Source: Candidatus Krumholzibacteriota bacterium
GTDB lineage: Bacteria > Krumholzibacteriota > Krumholzibacteriia > JAJRXK01
Reading direction: 5' to 3'
NCBI GenBank assembly: GCA_963764625.1
Contig: CAVXTH010000001.1
Span: forward strand, 96,001-160,000
DNA length: 64,000 nucleotides
Positions within the stretch are counted from its first letter, which is position 1; the number at the start of each line of letters is the position of its first letter. A program made the position numbers and the translations under genes. The notes beneath the pieces were generated by a model. The model made no database searches. It was not told the DNA's origin and saw only the letters and a list, made by a program, of their open reading frames with translations. This document shows, piece by piece, positions 51,387 to 61,837 of this stretch.

Positions 51387-52582
51387 TAGGCCTCGTAGTG
51401 GCTGTCCAAACGCCCTTGGCTGAGAGCATCCAGGCCGTACAGCAGCGCGCGTCGTGCGATCTCGGCTTCTTCGGGATCGCTTTTTTCGAGCCGCTGGCGG
51501 AGCTGGGCCACGAAACGCTCCTCGGTGGTGCGCGCGTCCTTTAGAGGAGGATAGCGGTTCAGGTCGATGTCTGGTACCAGGCCGGAGAAATCGGACGCGA
51601 AGTGGAAGTATCGCGGCGCGATCTGGTCGAGAAAGTGCAGCTCGAGACCCCGCGTACGCCTTCCTTTGAGGCGCAGATAGATCAGATCTTCCTCGCGCGC
51701 CCCGCTTCCACGCAGCGCTTCCTCCACTTTCGCAAACGCCGCGTCCGAATAGGAACACGAGGAGAGGTCGCACTCGATCGCGCGTACTTGCCGCGGGTCG
51801 AGCGGAAGAAACTCGACTTCGCTCCGTCCCTCGAGAAGCCGGACCACGAGCGCCCCCTTGCTTCCCCGTTCGTCCAATCCGGCGGCCAACAGACTTCCAC
51901 TATACGCCCCGAGCACTGCACCATTCTCTGCGCGCAGCTCTTGCCGCTCGTGATAGTGCCCCAGCGCGGTCCAGGAGAATCCTTGCGCCCTCAACTCTTC
52001 TTCGCTGAAAGGATAGGTGGCCTTCTGACTCTGCAGATAGCCCCCGTCGTCGCGGCTGCCGTGAAAGAGCAGAAGCGAAGTGCTCGAGTCGGGGCGATCG
52101 ATGCGGGTGGCCAGCCGGCGGAGCTGGCTGGGCAGATTCGCCGCCACCCCGCAGGCGGTGACCGAAACGTCCGGCCGGTGAGGCCAGGGCACGTTCTGAA
52201 ATTCCTCGTGCGCGAAGATGTGGACGTTTTCGGGCCAGCGGAAATCACGGGTCCCCGGCCCGTCATCCTGGCGGTACGGCGAGACCCCTCCGTAGGAATC
52301 GTGGTTTCCCGGGGCCAAAAATACGGGTTTGGGGGCAATCGAGCCCAGGGTGCCCGCTACGAAGCGCAGGGTGTCGCCCCGGACGAGCTCGTCGTCGAAG
52401 AGATCGCCCGGGAGCAGCACGCCGTCCAGACCGCGCGCTTCGACCTGGGCGATGGCGGCCTGGAACGCCGCGCGCCTCTCTCTCTCGCGTTGGGCGGCCT
52501 TGCGGCGACCCAGGCGAAGCTTGCCCGCGCTTAGAGGGGCGTCGAAGTGGACATCGGAAAGCTGCAGGAAGCTCAGGCTCAC
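51386..52582 (-). CDS. YhaO/SbcD/Mre11-like metallophosphoesterase (DNA repair nuclease)
   Basis: SDVHFD, GDLFD, PGNHD, FHG, ALGHYH. Confidence 0.9.
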   Translation of the reverse strand: MSLSFLQLSDVHFDAPLSAGKLRLGRRKAAQRERERRAAFQAAIAQVEARGLDGVLLPGDLFDDELVRGDTLRFVAGTLGSIAPKPVFLAPGNHDSYGGVSPYRQDDGPGTRDFRWPENVHIFAHEEFQNVPWPHRPDVSVTACGVAANLPSQLRRLATRIDRPDSSTSLLLFHGSRDDGGYLQSQKATYPFSEEELRAQGFSWTALGHYHERQELRAENGAVLGAYSGSLLAAGLDERGSKGALVVRLLEGRSEVEFLPLDPRQVRAIECDLSSCSYSDAAFAKVEEALRGSGAREEDLIYLRLKGRRTRGLELHFLDQIAPRYFHFASDFSGLVPDIDLNRYPPLKDARTTEERFVAQLRQRLEKSDPEEAEIARRALLYGLDALSQGRLDSHYEA

Positions 52583-52597
52583 GTCGATTGGCCTTTC

Positions 52598-52636
52598 GAA
52601 ACGAAACCCGGCGACCGTAAATACGGCCGCCGGATT
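52598..52636 (-). terminator. Intrinsic terminator after the AGCS symporter
   Basis: CCGGCGGCCGT-ATTT-ACGGTCGCCGG followed by GTTTCGTTT on the minus strand. Confidence 0.6.
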
Positions 52637-52660
52637 TTCAGGGGCTTCCGTCTTCCCCCG

Positions 52661-54055
52661 TCAACGTGTTCGTATCTGCTTTCTGGAGAAATAGTCCTTC
52701 GTCAGCCTGACTAAAACTCCCGAGAGTGCGAACACGCCAATCATATTGGGCAACGACATCAGTCCGAGCGTGATATCCGCGAAATTCCAGACCAGCTCGA
52801 GGGACCAGATCGCACCCAGAAACTGAAAGACCACAAAGACCCAACGATAGATGGGTCGGGCTTGCGCGCCCCAAAGATAATCAACGGCTCGATCACCATA
52901 GTAGGACCAAGTCACCGATGTGGAAAAAGCATAAAATGGAATCGAGAGAGTAACAATGTATTTTCCATATTCTCCCAAGAGAGGATGAAGTCCTTTCGTG
53001 AACGCCCACGAAGTGAGGAGCGCCCCGTTCAACCCTTCACCCGTCACGGGATCGACCGCATCGCGCCAAGAATTAGTGAGAATGATGACGAGTCCCGTCA
53101 TGGTGCAGATGACGAGCGTGTCGATGAAGGGTTCCGCCATCGCCACCAGTCCCTCGCGCACCGGTTCCTTCGTCTTGGCTGCGGCATGCGCGATGGGCGC
53201 GCTTCCCTGACCCGCCTCGTTCGAGAACAGCCCCCGTTTGATGCCCCATTGCAGGGTCATGGCGACTCCGGCCCCCAGAAATCCCCCCGCAGCCGCGGTG
53301 GGATGGAACGCCTCATAGAAGATGAGGCGGAAAGAAGGGACGATCGCATGGTAATTCACCGCGAGGAGAGTGAGAGCCCCGCCCACGTAGAATACGGACA
53401 TCACGGGCACGAGACGGCTCGCGACTTGACCGATTCGCTTGATGCCCCCGACGATGACCAGCGCGAGAAAGGCGGCCAAGACCAAGCCCGTGATCCAGGT
53501 GGGCACGCCCAGATCGGCCTTGAGATTCCCCGCGACAGTATTGCTCTGGACGATGTTGGCCGAGCCCATGCTGGCCACCACGGTCAAGAACGCGAAACTG
53601 GTCGCCATCCACTTCCAGCTCGGCCCCAGGCCTTTTTCGATGAAGTACATCGCCCCGCCCGCGGCGGATCCGTCCGGTTGGATGTCGCGGTAGTGGTGAG
53701 CCAGGGTGCACTCGGCGTATTTCGTAGCCATGCCCACGAAGGCCGAAATCCACATCCAGAACAGCGCCCCCGGCCCTCCCACGTGCATCGCGGTGGCCAC
53801 GCCGGCGATGTTCCCGATGCCGATGGTGGCGCTCAGCGCCGCCGAGAGCGCCTGAAAGTGGTTGATGTCCCCCTCGTCGTCCGGATCGTCGTACTTCCCA
53901 CGGATGATGTAGTAGGCGTGCCGCAGTTTTCGCAGCTGGATGAAGCGGGACAGGAAAGTGAGATAGATCCCCCCACCCAAAATGAGGATGATCAGCGGAA
54001 GTCCCCACAGAAAGTCCGAGATGGCTTTGAGAATGGCAGTGATCTCTTGGAGCAT
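52661..54055 (-). CDS. Alanine/glycine:cation symporter (AGCS family)
   Basis: ATIGIGNIAGVATA, GGPGALFWMW, GGAMYF, RGLFSNEAGQGS, FIDTLVICT. Confidence 0.95.
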   Translation of the reverse strand: MLQEITAILKAISDFLWGLPLIILILGGGIYLTFLSRFIQLRKLRHAYYIIRGKYDDPDDEGDINHFQALSAALSATIGIGNIAGVATAMHVGGPGALFWMWISAFVGMATKYAECTLAHHYRDIQPDGSAAGGAMYFIEKGLGPSWKWMATSFAFLTVVASMGSANIVQSNTVAGNLKADLGVPTWITGLVLAAFLALVIVGGIKRIGQVASRLVPVMSVFYVGGALTLLAVNYHAIVPSFRLIFYEAFHPTAAAGGFLGAGVAMTLQWGIKRGLFSNEAGQGSAPIAHAAAKTKEPVREGLVAMAEPFIDTLVICTMTGLVIILTNSWRDAVDPVTGEGLNGALLTSWAFTKGLHPLLGEYGKYIVTLSIPFYAFSTSVTWSYYGDRAVDYLWGAQARPIYRWVFVVFQFLGAIWSLELVWNFADITLGLMSLPNMIGVFALSGVLVRLTKDYFSRKQIRTR

Positions 54056-54167
54056 GCAGCGGGAGTGGGGCGTCTTCGGGGGAATTCGCGCACGGTGGTC
54101 GAGTGCCGAACGAAAGTAACCCGCGCCTTTGTCGAGGGTCAAGTACTCGCAGACCCATTCGAGCGAC

Positions 54168-56468
54168 TTACAGCCGAATCGCGTAGCTCAATTTCACCGT
54201 GAGGTCAGCTCGCCGCGGCGCGAAATTCTGCCGGTTGTCCGTCCGCTCATCGGAGAACACGAGGTAGAAATCGCTCTCGGCGCCGAAGAGATAGTGCAGA
54301 CGCGCTTGGCTCAAAAGGGCGTTCGAAGCGCTGTTCCACTGCGTGAAGACCGCCAGATTCAGGGAGTTGGAGAGATCGACCCCGAGCCGCGCCCGCACGA
54401 CCTTGGCGTGAAACCGCTGCTCCAGTCCGCTGGACGCGTCATCGCGGTGCAGTTGATGCGATTCTCCCTCCAGGGTCAGGGCGAGGTGGGGCGCGAGCCT
54501 TCCCGTCGCCGCCGCGCTCAGGCTGTTCAGGGCACCATCGTAGTAGTCTCCCAACTCCCCCTCGACCTTCAGGGCGAAGGGGAGCGAAGGATTGGAGCCG
54601 AGACTGAACCCAAGCCGGTGGAAGTGATAATCGCCTTGGGGGAAGACCACCTCCCCGAGCGGGAATTCCTCGAAGAGCCGCTCGAAGGAGTTGCTGAGAT
54701 GAAGCGAGACGACCTCATCGTCCCGGCCGATCAGGTTTCCCTGCAGCCAGAGGTTGCGCGAGGTGAAGGTGCCGTCACGCCGGTCGATCCACTCGCCGTA
54801 GGCGAATGTCTCCACCCCGCGCAGAAGGCCCCAATTGGGTTCGGGGGTCCATCCAATCTCCGTGATGTGGCGCTGGATGTCCCGGCGGGGAAGGAATCCC
54901 ACGCGGGGCGCGTAGTCGCGTCCGTAGACCTCGTAGAGATAGTTCCCGTAGTACAGGGGCCGGCTGTAGCGAACTCGGGCTCCCCAGCTGCCGTGGTCGG
55001 GTCCGTCGCGGGGCTGATCGGAGAACTCCTGCGGATCGAGGCTGAGTCCCTTTTCGCTCTCGTTGCTGAACGATCCGTAGGCCGCGATGTCCAGGTCGTC
55101 ACCGGGGCGCAGATCGCAGTCCAGACCGAAGACCCGGTTGTAGACGCTTCCCCCCTCGGCCGTGCGTGCCACGAGGATCGCGCCCAAGCGGTTGCGTTCC
55201 CCGATGTCCTGGCTCACCCGGGCCACGTCGTAGCGGTAGTCGGGCGTGGCTGAAAGTCCCTTCGACTTGAGATCGAGAAAGCCCACGTCGGTTCGTCCCA
55301 GTTTCCCGGTGAGACGAGTGCCATATTCGATCGGCACGGTCTCAAAGTTCGAGTTCAAACCGATCCGGCGGCTGAACAAGGCTCGGTTGTCGGGGGAACC
55401 GAAGGAGAAGTAGTCACGATTCTCCAGGAAGAATTCCCTCTTCTCGGGGTAGTAGAGGGGGAATCGGGTGAGATTCACCTGTTCGTCGTCGACTTCGACT
55501 TGCGCGAAGTCGGTGTTCACGGTCACGTCGAGAGTCAGGTTGGAGGAGAGCCCCAGTTTGAGATCGTATCCCGCCTCTCCGTCGGTCGACCACTCGTTGC
55601 GGCTGAAGGCGGAGGGGTCTCCGGCATCTCCCCGAGACACCGACCCAAGCAAGTAGGGCCGGAGCAGGATGTTGCTCCCGGGGGAGATCCCTTCGAGCCC
55701 ATCGAGGCTACCGGCCTGGCTCACCCGCAGGATGTCGAAGTGCCGTTCGATGGGCGCCCACATGCTCTGCTCGTTCCCCACCCGTCGCTGCCGCTCAAAA
55801 TTGATCCCCATGCTCAGGTTTTCCGTCGGAGAGAATCTGAGGGTCCTCCAGGGAATCTCGATTTCTCCCTGCCAGCCGTCCTGGGTGATGCGACAGCTTG
55901 CGCTCCACACTCCGTCCCAATCGACGTTGAATTGATCGCCGGCTCCTTCCGCGCGGAAGAGCGCGTCCCGGCGCATTCCGTTGGGGTTCACCTGGAAGAA
56001 GAAGCCGTTTTGCAGATCGTGGTAGGTGTCGAGCACCAGCGTGAAGTAGTCGTCAGCCGAGATGTCCGCGTCGCGGCCGAGCACGCGGTGGACGATCCCC
56101 TGTGGATCGTCGTCGCGGCAGAGAAAACCCAGGTAGAGCGCTTTCGTGGTGTACACGATGCGGACCACCGTCGGCTGAGTTGCCGGTTCCCCGCTTCGAG
56201 GGCGCTGCTGCACGAAGTCGCGGGCCACCACCGCCCGCTTCCAGAGCGGCTCGTCGAGAAATCCGTCGATCTTGGGGGCATCGCCACGCGAGCCGCGGTG
56301 AGCGCGCGGTGGGCGGCTCCGTTGGCTTCGCTTCGGCCAGGTACCGGGCTCTCGCTCTGTCCGAGGGAATCTTCAGCAGCGAAAGTGGCGAGAATCAAGA
56401 CGAAAAGAGATACGGCCAGCACACGCTTCCGCGTGTTCTTCTTCGAACCGAAGAGGAGTTACGGTCAT
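54168..56468 (-). CDS. CBM9-like + DUF5916 outer-membrane protein; indels in the N-terminus, start approximate
   Basis: KIDGFLDEPLW, FFQVNPNG, WQGEIEIPWRTLRF, TVNTDFAQVEVD, RFPLYYPEKREFFLE, LFSRRIG. Confidence 0.85.
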
Positions 56469-56485
56469 TGAAGATCCTCGGCCGC

Positions 56486-58882
56486 CTACCTGAATCCCTG
56501 GGGCATGGGAAGGCTGGGATCGAGCTCATGGGCCTTCAGGATGGCCTCTCTCGCTTCTTCCTTCTTGCCCTGCATCGCCAGAATGACCCCCAGCTGAAGT
56601 CTGGACTGGCCGTCCTTCGGCAACTGCTTCACCACCTCACGCGCGAGTTTCTCGGCTTCGCCCAGACGGCCCATTTGCGCGTAGATCGCTGCAAGCTGGG
56701 CGCGCGCGTCGACCATGTCCGGCTTGAGCTCGAGCACTTTCTCGAACGCCGACGCGCCGGCGGCCATGTTCCCCGCCATGAGATTGGCCATCCCCAGATT
56801 GCCCCAGATTTCCGGATCATTCAACTCGGGAGCCGCCTCCTGCAAAAGTTTCAATCCCTCCTGCACGCGACCCGCCTTCAGAGCGGCGCTTCCGAGCTGT
56901 CCCTTCGATTCGGCGGTAGAGAGCATGCCGTGCTGCTGCAAGAGGGATTCGGCCTGGTTGTCCTGACCCGATGCGATGAGAACTCCGCTTAGAGCCTGAA
57001 GGGCGTCCTTGAGGTCGGGATTCAGCTGAATCGCCTTCTGGAGGTTTTCCTTGGCCTGCGGCAGCTTTCCCTCGTCCTTCAGCATCGCGCCCTTGAAGTA
57101 CCAGAGGTCGGCCAGGCGAGGATCCATTTTCAGCGCGCGATCCAGCGCCGCCGCGGCTTCTTCGTCTCGGCCGAGCTTGTGCAGAGCGAAGCCGCGCGCA
57201 CCCACCACGAAGGCCCATTCCGGATGACGCTTCAGAGCGAGGTTGTAGGTCTCCAAGACTTTCGCGTTGTCGTTCTCCGCCGCGTAAACCATGGCCAGAT
57301 TCTGATAGTTGAGCGAGTTGTCCGGATCGTCTTCGACGAGCTTCTTGAAGATAGTACCCGCCTCTTCCAGGCGACCGGTCTTGGCGTAGGTCAAGGCCAG
57401 GTTGAAGCGCGCCTTGACGTTTTCGGGGTCGGACTTCAGTACTTTCTTCAGGACCTCGAGTGCCTCGTCGAATTTCTTCTGGTTGCACAAGACGATGGAC
57501 ATGTTAATCGCCTGCTCGACGTTCGGCGCCACCACGTCGTCGCCATGCGCGTCCTCGGTACCGCCCTTGATATAGCCGAGCGAGCGCAGCATTTCCTCCA
57601 TCTTCTCGCCCACCGCGGGGTCGACCACGATGTCGTCGCCTCGATCCCATGGACCCGTCTCGTAGGTTGCGATGGTCTTGTCGGGATGCTCCGCCTGGTA
57701 CTGGTCGGAAAAGGCTTCCTTCAACACCCTGCCGTGCATGTCTTCCGCCACCGGAAGATCGAGCATGTGCAGAACGGTCGGGGCCACGTCATAGATGTCC
57801 GCTCCCTTGATGTCGTTCCCGGTTTTGATTCCCGGACCATTGAGCAGCACGATACCATCGGGCATGTGGCTCTTGTCCGCGGTGTCGATGTTGAATTCCA
57901 TTTCTTTCAAGCGCTCTGGGCCGGTGCGAAACCCGTGATCGGAAATGATCATCACGATGGTGTTCTTCCCGCGGTGCTTCAGCAAATCTCCCAGCAGTTG
58001 ATCTTGCCACTTCCAATACGCTTCCAGGGTGCCGCTATAGCGCTTGTAATCTTCATCGCTGACCCAGGAAAGCCGGGGAGGCGCATACTCGCTAAAGAGA
58101 TGCTCCGTGGCGTCGGTTCCCTCGTAGTAGATGGCGAAGAAGCGCGGATGGTCCTTGTCCAACAACTCCGCGCCGAGTTTGGTGTAACCGATGCTGGTGG
58201 CGATGTTCTCCTTCAGGTGCTGAACCGGCCCGCCGTAGGGCCCGGTTGGCGTCTCGTTTTCGAGCTCTTGTTTGTTGGTGTTGATCATCGAAAGCAGGAG
58301 GTCGATCGGCACGTTCTGGGGCGAAGGAAAGGCTCGTTTCACGTCGCCTATGAGCTGGGGCGGCCAGGTCTTTCCGGGAACGTCGAGGTTGGTGCCAGTG
58401 ACCCCGAAGGAATGAAAGGCCACGTAATCACTGATCATGAAGCCCTTCACCGGTTCGACCGGCCAGGTCGCCCACCAACCGATGATCCCCACGGAAAGGT
58501 CGTGCTCGCTGGCGATGTTCCACAGCGCGCGCACCCACCGGTTCCGGCTGCTCACTGGGATCTTCGACCCGTCGGGCGCGTCACTCATGAACCAGGTGAC
58601 TCCGTGCTTGTCGGCGGTCTTGCCCGTCGCGATGCTCGTCCACAAAATGGGAGAGAGCATTGGATTGTCGGTGCGCAAACGGCCCCAGGCTCCCTCGCTG
58701 CGCAAGCGACTCAGATTGGGCATTTCCCCCTTGGCCATGTAGGGTTCGAGGATGTCCCAGTCGGCGCCGTCGAAGCCGATGATCCAGATGTCTGGATCGC
58801 GGCGCGAGGAGCAGCCGGTGAGAACCCCTCCGAACACCAGCAACAGGAGAGGGAGCGCGAACAGAAGTCTCGTGAGTTTCAT
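56486..58882 (-). CDS. Alkaline-phosphatase-superfamily (phosphodiesterase) lipoprotein with C-terminal TPRs
   Basis: LTGC lipobox; IGFDGADW, SPILWTSIATG, ISDHGF, DVAPT, LRSLGY; multiple TPRs. Confidence 0.88.
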   Translation of the reverse strand: MKLTRLLFALPLLLLVFGGVLTGCSSRRDPDIWIIGFDGADWDILEPYMAKGEMPNLSRLRSEGAWGRLRTDNPMLSPILWTSIATGKTADKHGVTWFMSDAPDGSKIPVSSRNRWVRALWNIASEHDLSVGIIGWWATWPVEPVKGFMISDYVAFHSFGVTGTNLDVPGKTWPPQLIGDVKRAFPSPQNVPIDLLLSMINTNKQELENETPTGPYGGPVQHLKENIATSIGYTKLGAELLDKDHPRFFAIYYEGTDATEHLFSEYAPPRLSWVSDEDYKRYSGTLEAYWKWQDQLLGDLLKHRGKNTIVMIISDHGFRTGPERLKEMEFNIDTADKSHMPDGIVLLNGPGIKTGNDIKGADIYDVAPTVLHMLDLPVAEDMHGRVLKEAFSDQYQAEHPDKTIATYETGPWDRGDDIVVDPAVGEKMEEMLRSLGYIKGGTEDAHGDDVVAPNVEQAINMSIVLCNQKKFDEALEVLKKVLKSDPENVKARFNLALTYAKTGRLEEAGTIFKKLVEDDPDNSLNYQNLAMVYAAENDNAKVLETYNLALKRHPEWAFVVGARGFALHKLGRDEEAAAALDRALKMDPRLADLWYFKGAMLKDEGKLPQAKENLQKAIQLNPDLKDALQALSGVLIASGQDNQAESLLQQHGMLSTAESKGQLGSAALKAGRVQEGLKLLQEAAPELNDPEIWGNLGMANLMAGNMAAGASAFEKVLELKPDMVDARAQLAAIYAQMGRLGEAEKLAREVVKQLPKDGQSRLQLGVILAMQGKKEEAREAILKAHELDPSLPMPQGFR

Positions 58883-59097
58883 GATTCTTCGAACTGTGGG
58901 GTGCGGTAGCCGGCCGCGAGCCGAGGATTCAAGCCAGGGCGGACCGCTGAGAGAATAGCACAGCTTTCCTAAGATCGCACACCTAAGCTCTTTCCCAAAA
59001 AGCTCTTAGCGCTGAAGCGCTCACTTCGTATACCCTTAAGGAGAGAAGTTTCGCCCATTCTCGTCTCTATCGCACGCGATTGAACTGAGGACTGCCC

Positions 59098-59964
59098 GTG
59101 CCGAGTCAAGAGTCTCCCCTACTGCGCGCCCACGAACTCTTGCGTCACAGCGGTCTGCCTCCGCTCCAAATCCAGAACGCGGGCCGGGGCAGTAATCATC
59201 ATCTCTTCATCGTCGAGCTAGACGAGGGGCCCCTGCAACTGCTTCGCATGCCGGTGGACCCCGAAGCCGGGCCCCGCTTGCGCAGCGAGGAAGAGGCGAT
59301 CCGCCGGGCGGCGGGGACCGTGCCGGTGCCCCACCCCACCCTCCTCATTCCCTCTTTGCATCGACCCAAAGCCTGTATTCAGCCCATCATCGAGGGGACC
59401 CGCGCCCAGGATCTGCGCGCCCAGGACACCAGTCCCCGCCGGGTGGAGGCTCTGTGCCGTCTTCTGGGGCTGCAGCTCGCCCACCTGCACCGCATCGAGT
59501 TCCCGGTGCACGAACCCACTTTCATTCCCTTCTTGAGCCCCAGTTTCGTGACCGGAAACGAACGCTTGCTCCATGGCGACGCGCACCTGGGAAACATCAT
59601 GGTGCAGGTCGGCGCCAAGGAAAGCCTGAGCGTCTCCGGACTCATCGACTGGAGCTTCTGTCACTGGGGACCGCCCGAGAGCGACCTGGTGGAGATGGCG
59701 ATCACCGAAGGCGAGCCACGGCCTTTGCTCGGCCGCGCATTCTACGAAGCGTATCTGGAGGGCGGCGGCCTCGAACCCCGAGAACACGTCTTCAAGTGGG
59801 CACTGGTGCGGGAGCTGGAGAGACGACTCGCGACGCACGCGCAAGCCTACGAGCAGACCCCTCGCGACGCGTGGACGCGGTGGCTCGACGCCTTGCATCG
59901 GCCGGGGGCCCGCTCCCTCCAGGTCTTCTCCTCCGGAAGGGTCTCTGGAGGAGACCTGGTCTAG
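59098..59964 (+). CDS. Aminoglycoside-phosphotransferase-family kinase
   Basis: GRGSNH, LLHGDAHLGNI (Brenner motif), GLIDW; RBS GAGGA. Confidence 0.8.
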   Translation: MPSQESPLLRAHELLRHSGLPPLQIQNAGRGSNHHLFIVELDEGPLQLLRMPVDPEAGPRLRSEEEAIRRAAGTVPVPHPTLLIPSLHRPKACIQPIIEGTRAQDLRAQDTSPRRVEALCRLLGLQLAHLHRIEFPVHEPTFIPFLSPSFVTGNERLLHGDAHLGNIMVQVGAKESLSVSGLIDWSFCHWGPPESDLVEMAITEGEPRPLLGRAFYEAYLEGGGLEPREHVFKWALVRELERRLATHAQAYEQTPRDAWTRWLDALHRPGARSLQVFSSGRVSGGDLV

Positions 59965-59966
59965 GC

Positions 59967-61667
59967 TCAGAGCGAAGGGTGCTTCTGGTTCCAGCCGCTC
60001 GCCCGCTGGTAGGCGGAAGCCAGAGCGACGATCGCCCCTTCCTCGTAGGTGCGTCCCACCAAGCTGAAGCTGAAAGGCGTGCCGTCCTTCTTGAATCCGT
60101 CCGGTACGACCACGCAAGGATGTCCGGTGAGGTTGGTGTCCAGAAGGCTTCGCCCGGCAAAGGACGGACAGACGTAGCCGTCGAGCTCCCCCAACATTTT
60201 CTCGAACTGATCCTGTAGGAGAGTGCGGGCGCGTTGCGCCCGGAGGTACTGGACCCCCGGCACCAGTTGCGCCGCCCGAAACACGTTGGGCCAGGCATCC
60301 TCGACTTGGCGCACCATCTCGTCGTCTCGGTTGTCGCGCGTGAACTCGTCGAAGGCCGCCGCGGCTTCGACTTCCAAAACGACGAGCATCTCGCTCACCG
60401 GAAGCTGGGGCAATTCGATCGGCGTGAACTCGACCCCCAGTTTGGCGAGAACTTTCAGGGCGTCTTGATCGAGCTCAGAGTTCTCGTACTCGCTCTCGAA
60501 AGCGGCCCGGTTGAATCCGAAGCGCAGGTCCTTCAGTTCCCCGGTCGAGTAATGCCGCCACGGCGCGGTCACTGCGTCGCGATCGTTCCCGTCAGCGCCG
60601 TGAATGGCCGAGATCACAAGAGCTGCGTCCTCCGCGCAACGGGCCAGAGCTCCGATCTTGTCCATCGTCCACGACAGCGCCATGCATCCGGAGCGGGGAA
60701 CCCGTCCAAAGGTGGGACGCAGGCCGGTGGCGCCGCAGCGGGTGGAGGGCGAGACGATGGAGCCCAGCGTCTCGGTGCCCAGGGCGAAGGGCAGACCTCC
60801 GGCCGCGACCGCCGACGCACTTCCGGCCGAGGAGCCACTGCTGCCCTGCTCGAGGTTCCAGGGATTCTTCGTCATGCCGCCGAACCAGACGTCGCCCCAG
60901 GCCAGGGCTCCCACGCTGGTCTTCGCGATGAGAACCGCCCCCGCTTCGTCCAGGCGTCTCACCACTTCGGCGTCCTCATCGAGCATCTGGTCGCGATAGG
61001 GCTTGCAGCCCCAGGTGGTCGGATAGCCCTTCACCGCCAAAAGGTCTTTGGCGCCCCAGGGAATCCCATGGAGCGGCCCCCGGTAATGCCCGGCCGCGAT
61101 CTCCTCGTCCGCCTTGGCGGCCTGCTCCAGCGCCCTCTCCTGCGTGAACGTGATCACGCACAAGAGTTTCTCGTCCAACATCCGCAGGCGCTCCAGGAAG
61201 AACTTCGTCAGCTGCACGCTGGTGATCTCGCGACGGCGCAGGCGATGGGACAGTTCGAAGACCGAGGCGAACGCAAGCTGGTCGAGTGATTTGTTCTGGG
61301 CGGGACCCTTCGTTTGGAAAGGGTCGAGCGCCGCCGTGATGGCCTCGTACTCGCGCGGACCCTCGATTGCGGCTCGCGAGGTCTGCTGTCGGCTCCTGGG
61401 AGAGAAAGTCGTCGCGAGCGGCACCTCGTTGGCAAGCTCGAGCTTCTCCAGGGCCTGCAGAGCGTCGAGGTGCTCCTGCACCGACTTCGTCATCAACTCG
61501 CGCTCGGCCTCGTTGAAGCTGAGATCGGCCAGATTCTCGGCGCAGGCGATGGTGTCGGCGTCGACCTTGAGGTCCTGCGCTCGCAGGAGCTCCGGCATGA
61601 AGGGAAGCAGAATGGAGGTGGCGACGGCGCGGCCCAGGAAGCGGCGACGGTCCAGAGTCTTGTTCAT
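59967..61667 (-). CDS. Amidase-signature family enzyme with Tat signal
   Basis: DRRRFLG twin-arginine; GAKDLL, GSSGSSAGS, GTETLGSIVSPS. Confidence 0.92.
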   Translation of the reverse strand: MNKTLDRRRFLGRAVATSILLPFMPELLRAQDLKVDADTIACAENLADLSFNEAERELMTKSVQEHLDALQALEKLELANEVPLATTFSPRSRQQTSRAAIEGPREYEAITAALDPFQTKGPAQNKSLDQLAFASVFELSHRLRRREITSVQLTKFFLERLRMLDEKLLCVITFTQERALEQAAKADEEIAAGHYRGPLHGIPWGAKDLLAVKGYPTTWGCKPYRDQMLDEDAEVVRRLDEAGAVLIAKTSVGALAWGDVWFGGMTKNPWNLEQGSSGSSAGSASAVAAGGLPFALGTETLGSIVSPSTRCGATGLRPTFGRVPRSGCMALSWTMDKIGALARCAEDAALVISAIHGADGNDRDAVTAPWRHYSTGELKDLRFGFNRAAFESEYENSELDQDALKVLAKLGVEFTPIELPQLPVSEMLVVLEVEAAAAFDEFTRDNRDDEMVRQVEDAWPNVFRAAQLVPGVQYLRAQRARTLLQDQFEKMLGELDGYVCPSFAGRSLLDTNLTGHPCVVVPDGFKKDGTPFSFSLVGRTYEEGAIVALASAYQRASGWNQKHPSL

Positions 61668-61837
61668 GGCCTCGTTCTCCCGGCTAGAAGGACGCCAACA
61701 GTATCTACCCTGAGACGCTTCGCGTCGCGGCTCAAATCGCGTGGGCTCGACGGGGAAGGGGTTTGGGGCTATTTTGGGCACGAATTCCCAGGCGAACGGC
61801 CGCCGGCACTCAGTTCACAACCCCGGATACCTCGACC

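Noticed and set aside
59098-59964. Aminoglycoside resistance gene
   Set aside because: Only generic APH/choline-kinase-fold motifs are present; the context is chromosomal and there is no evidence of substrate.
59967-61667. gatA
   Set aside because: It has a Tat signal and no adjacent gatB/gatC, so it is an exported amidase.
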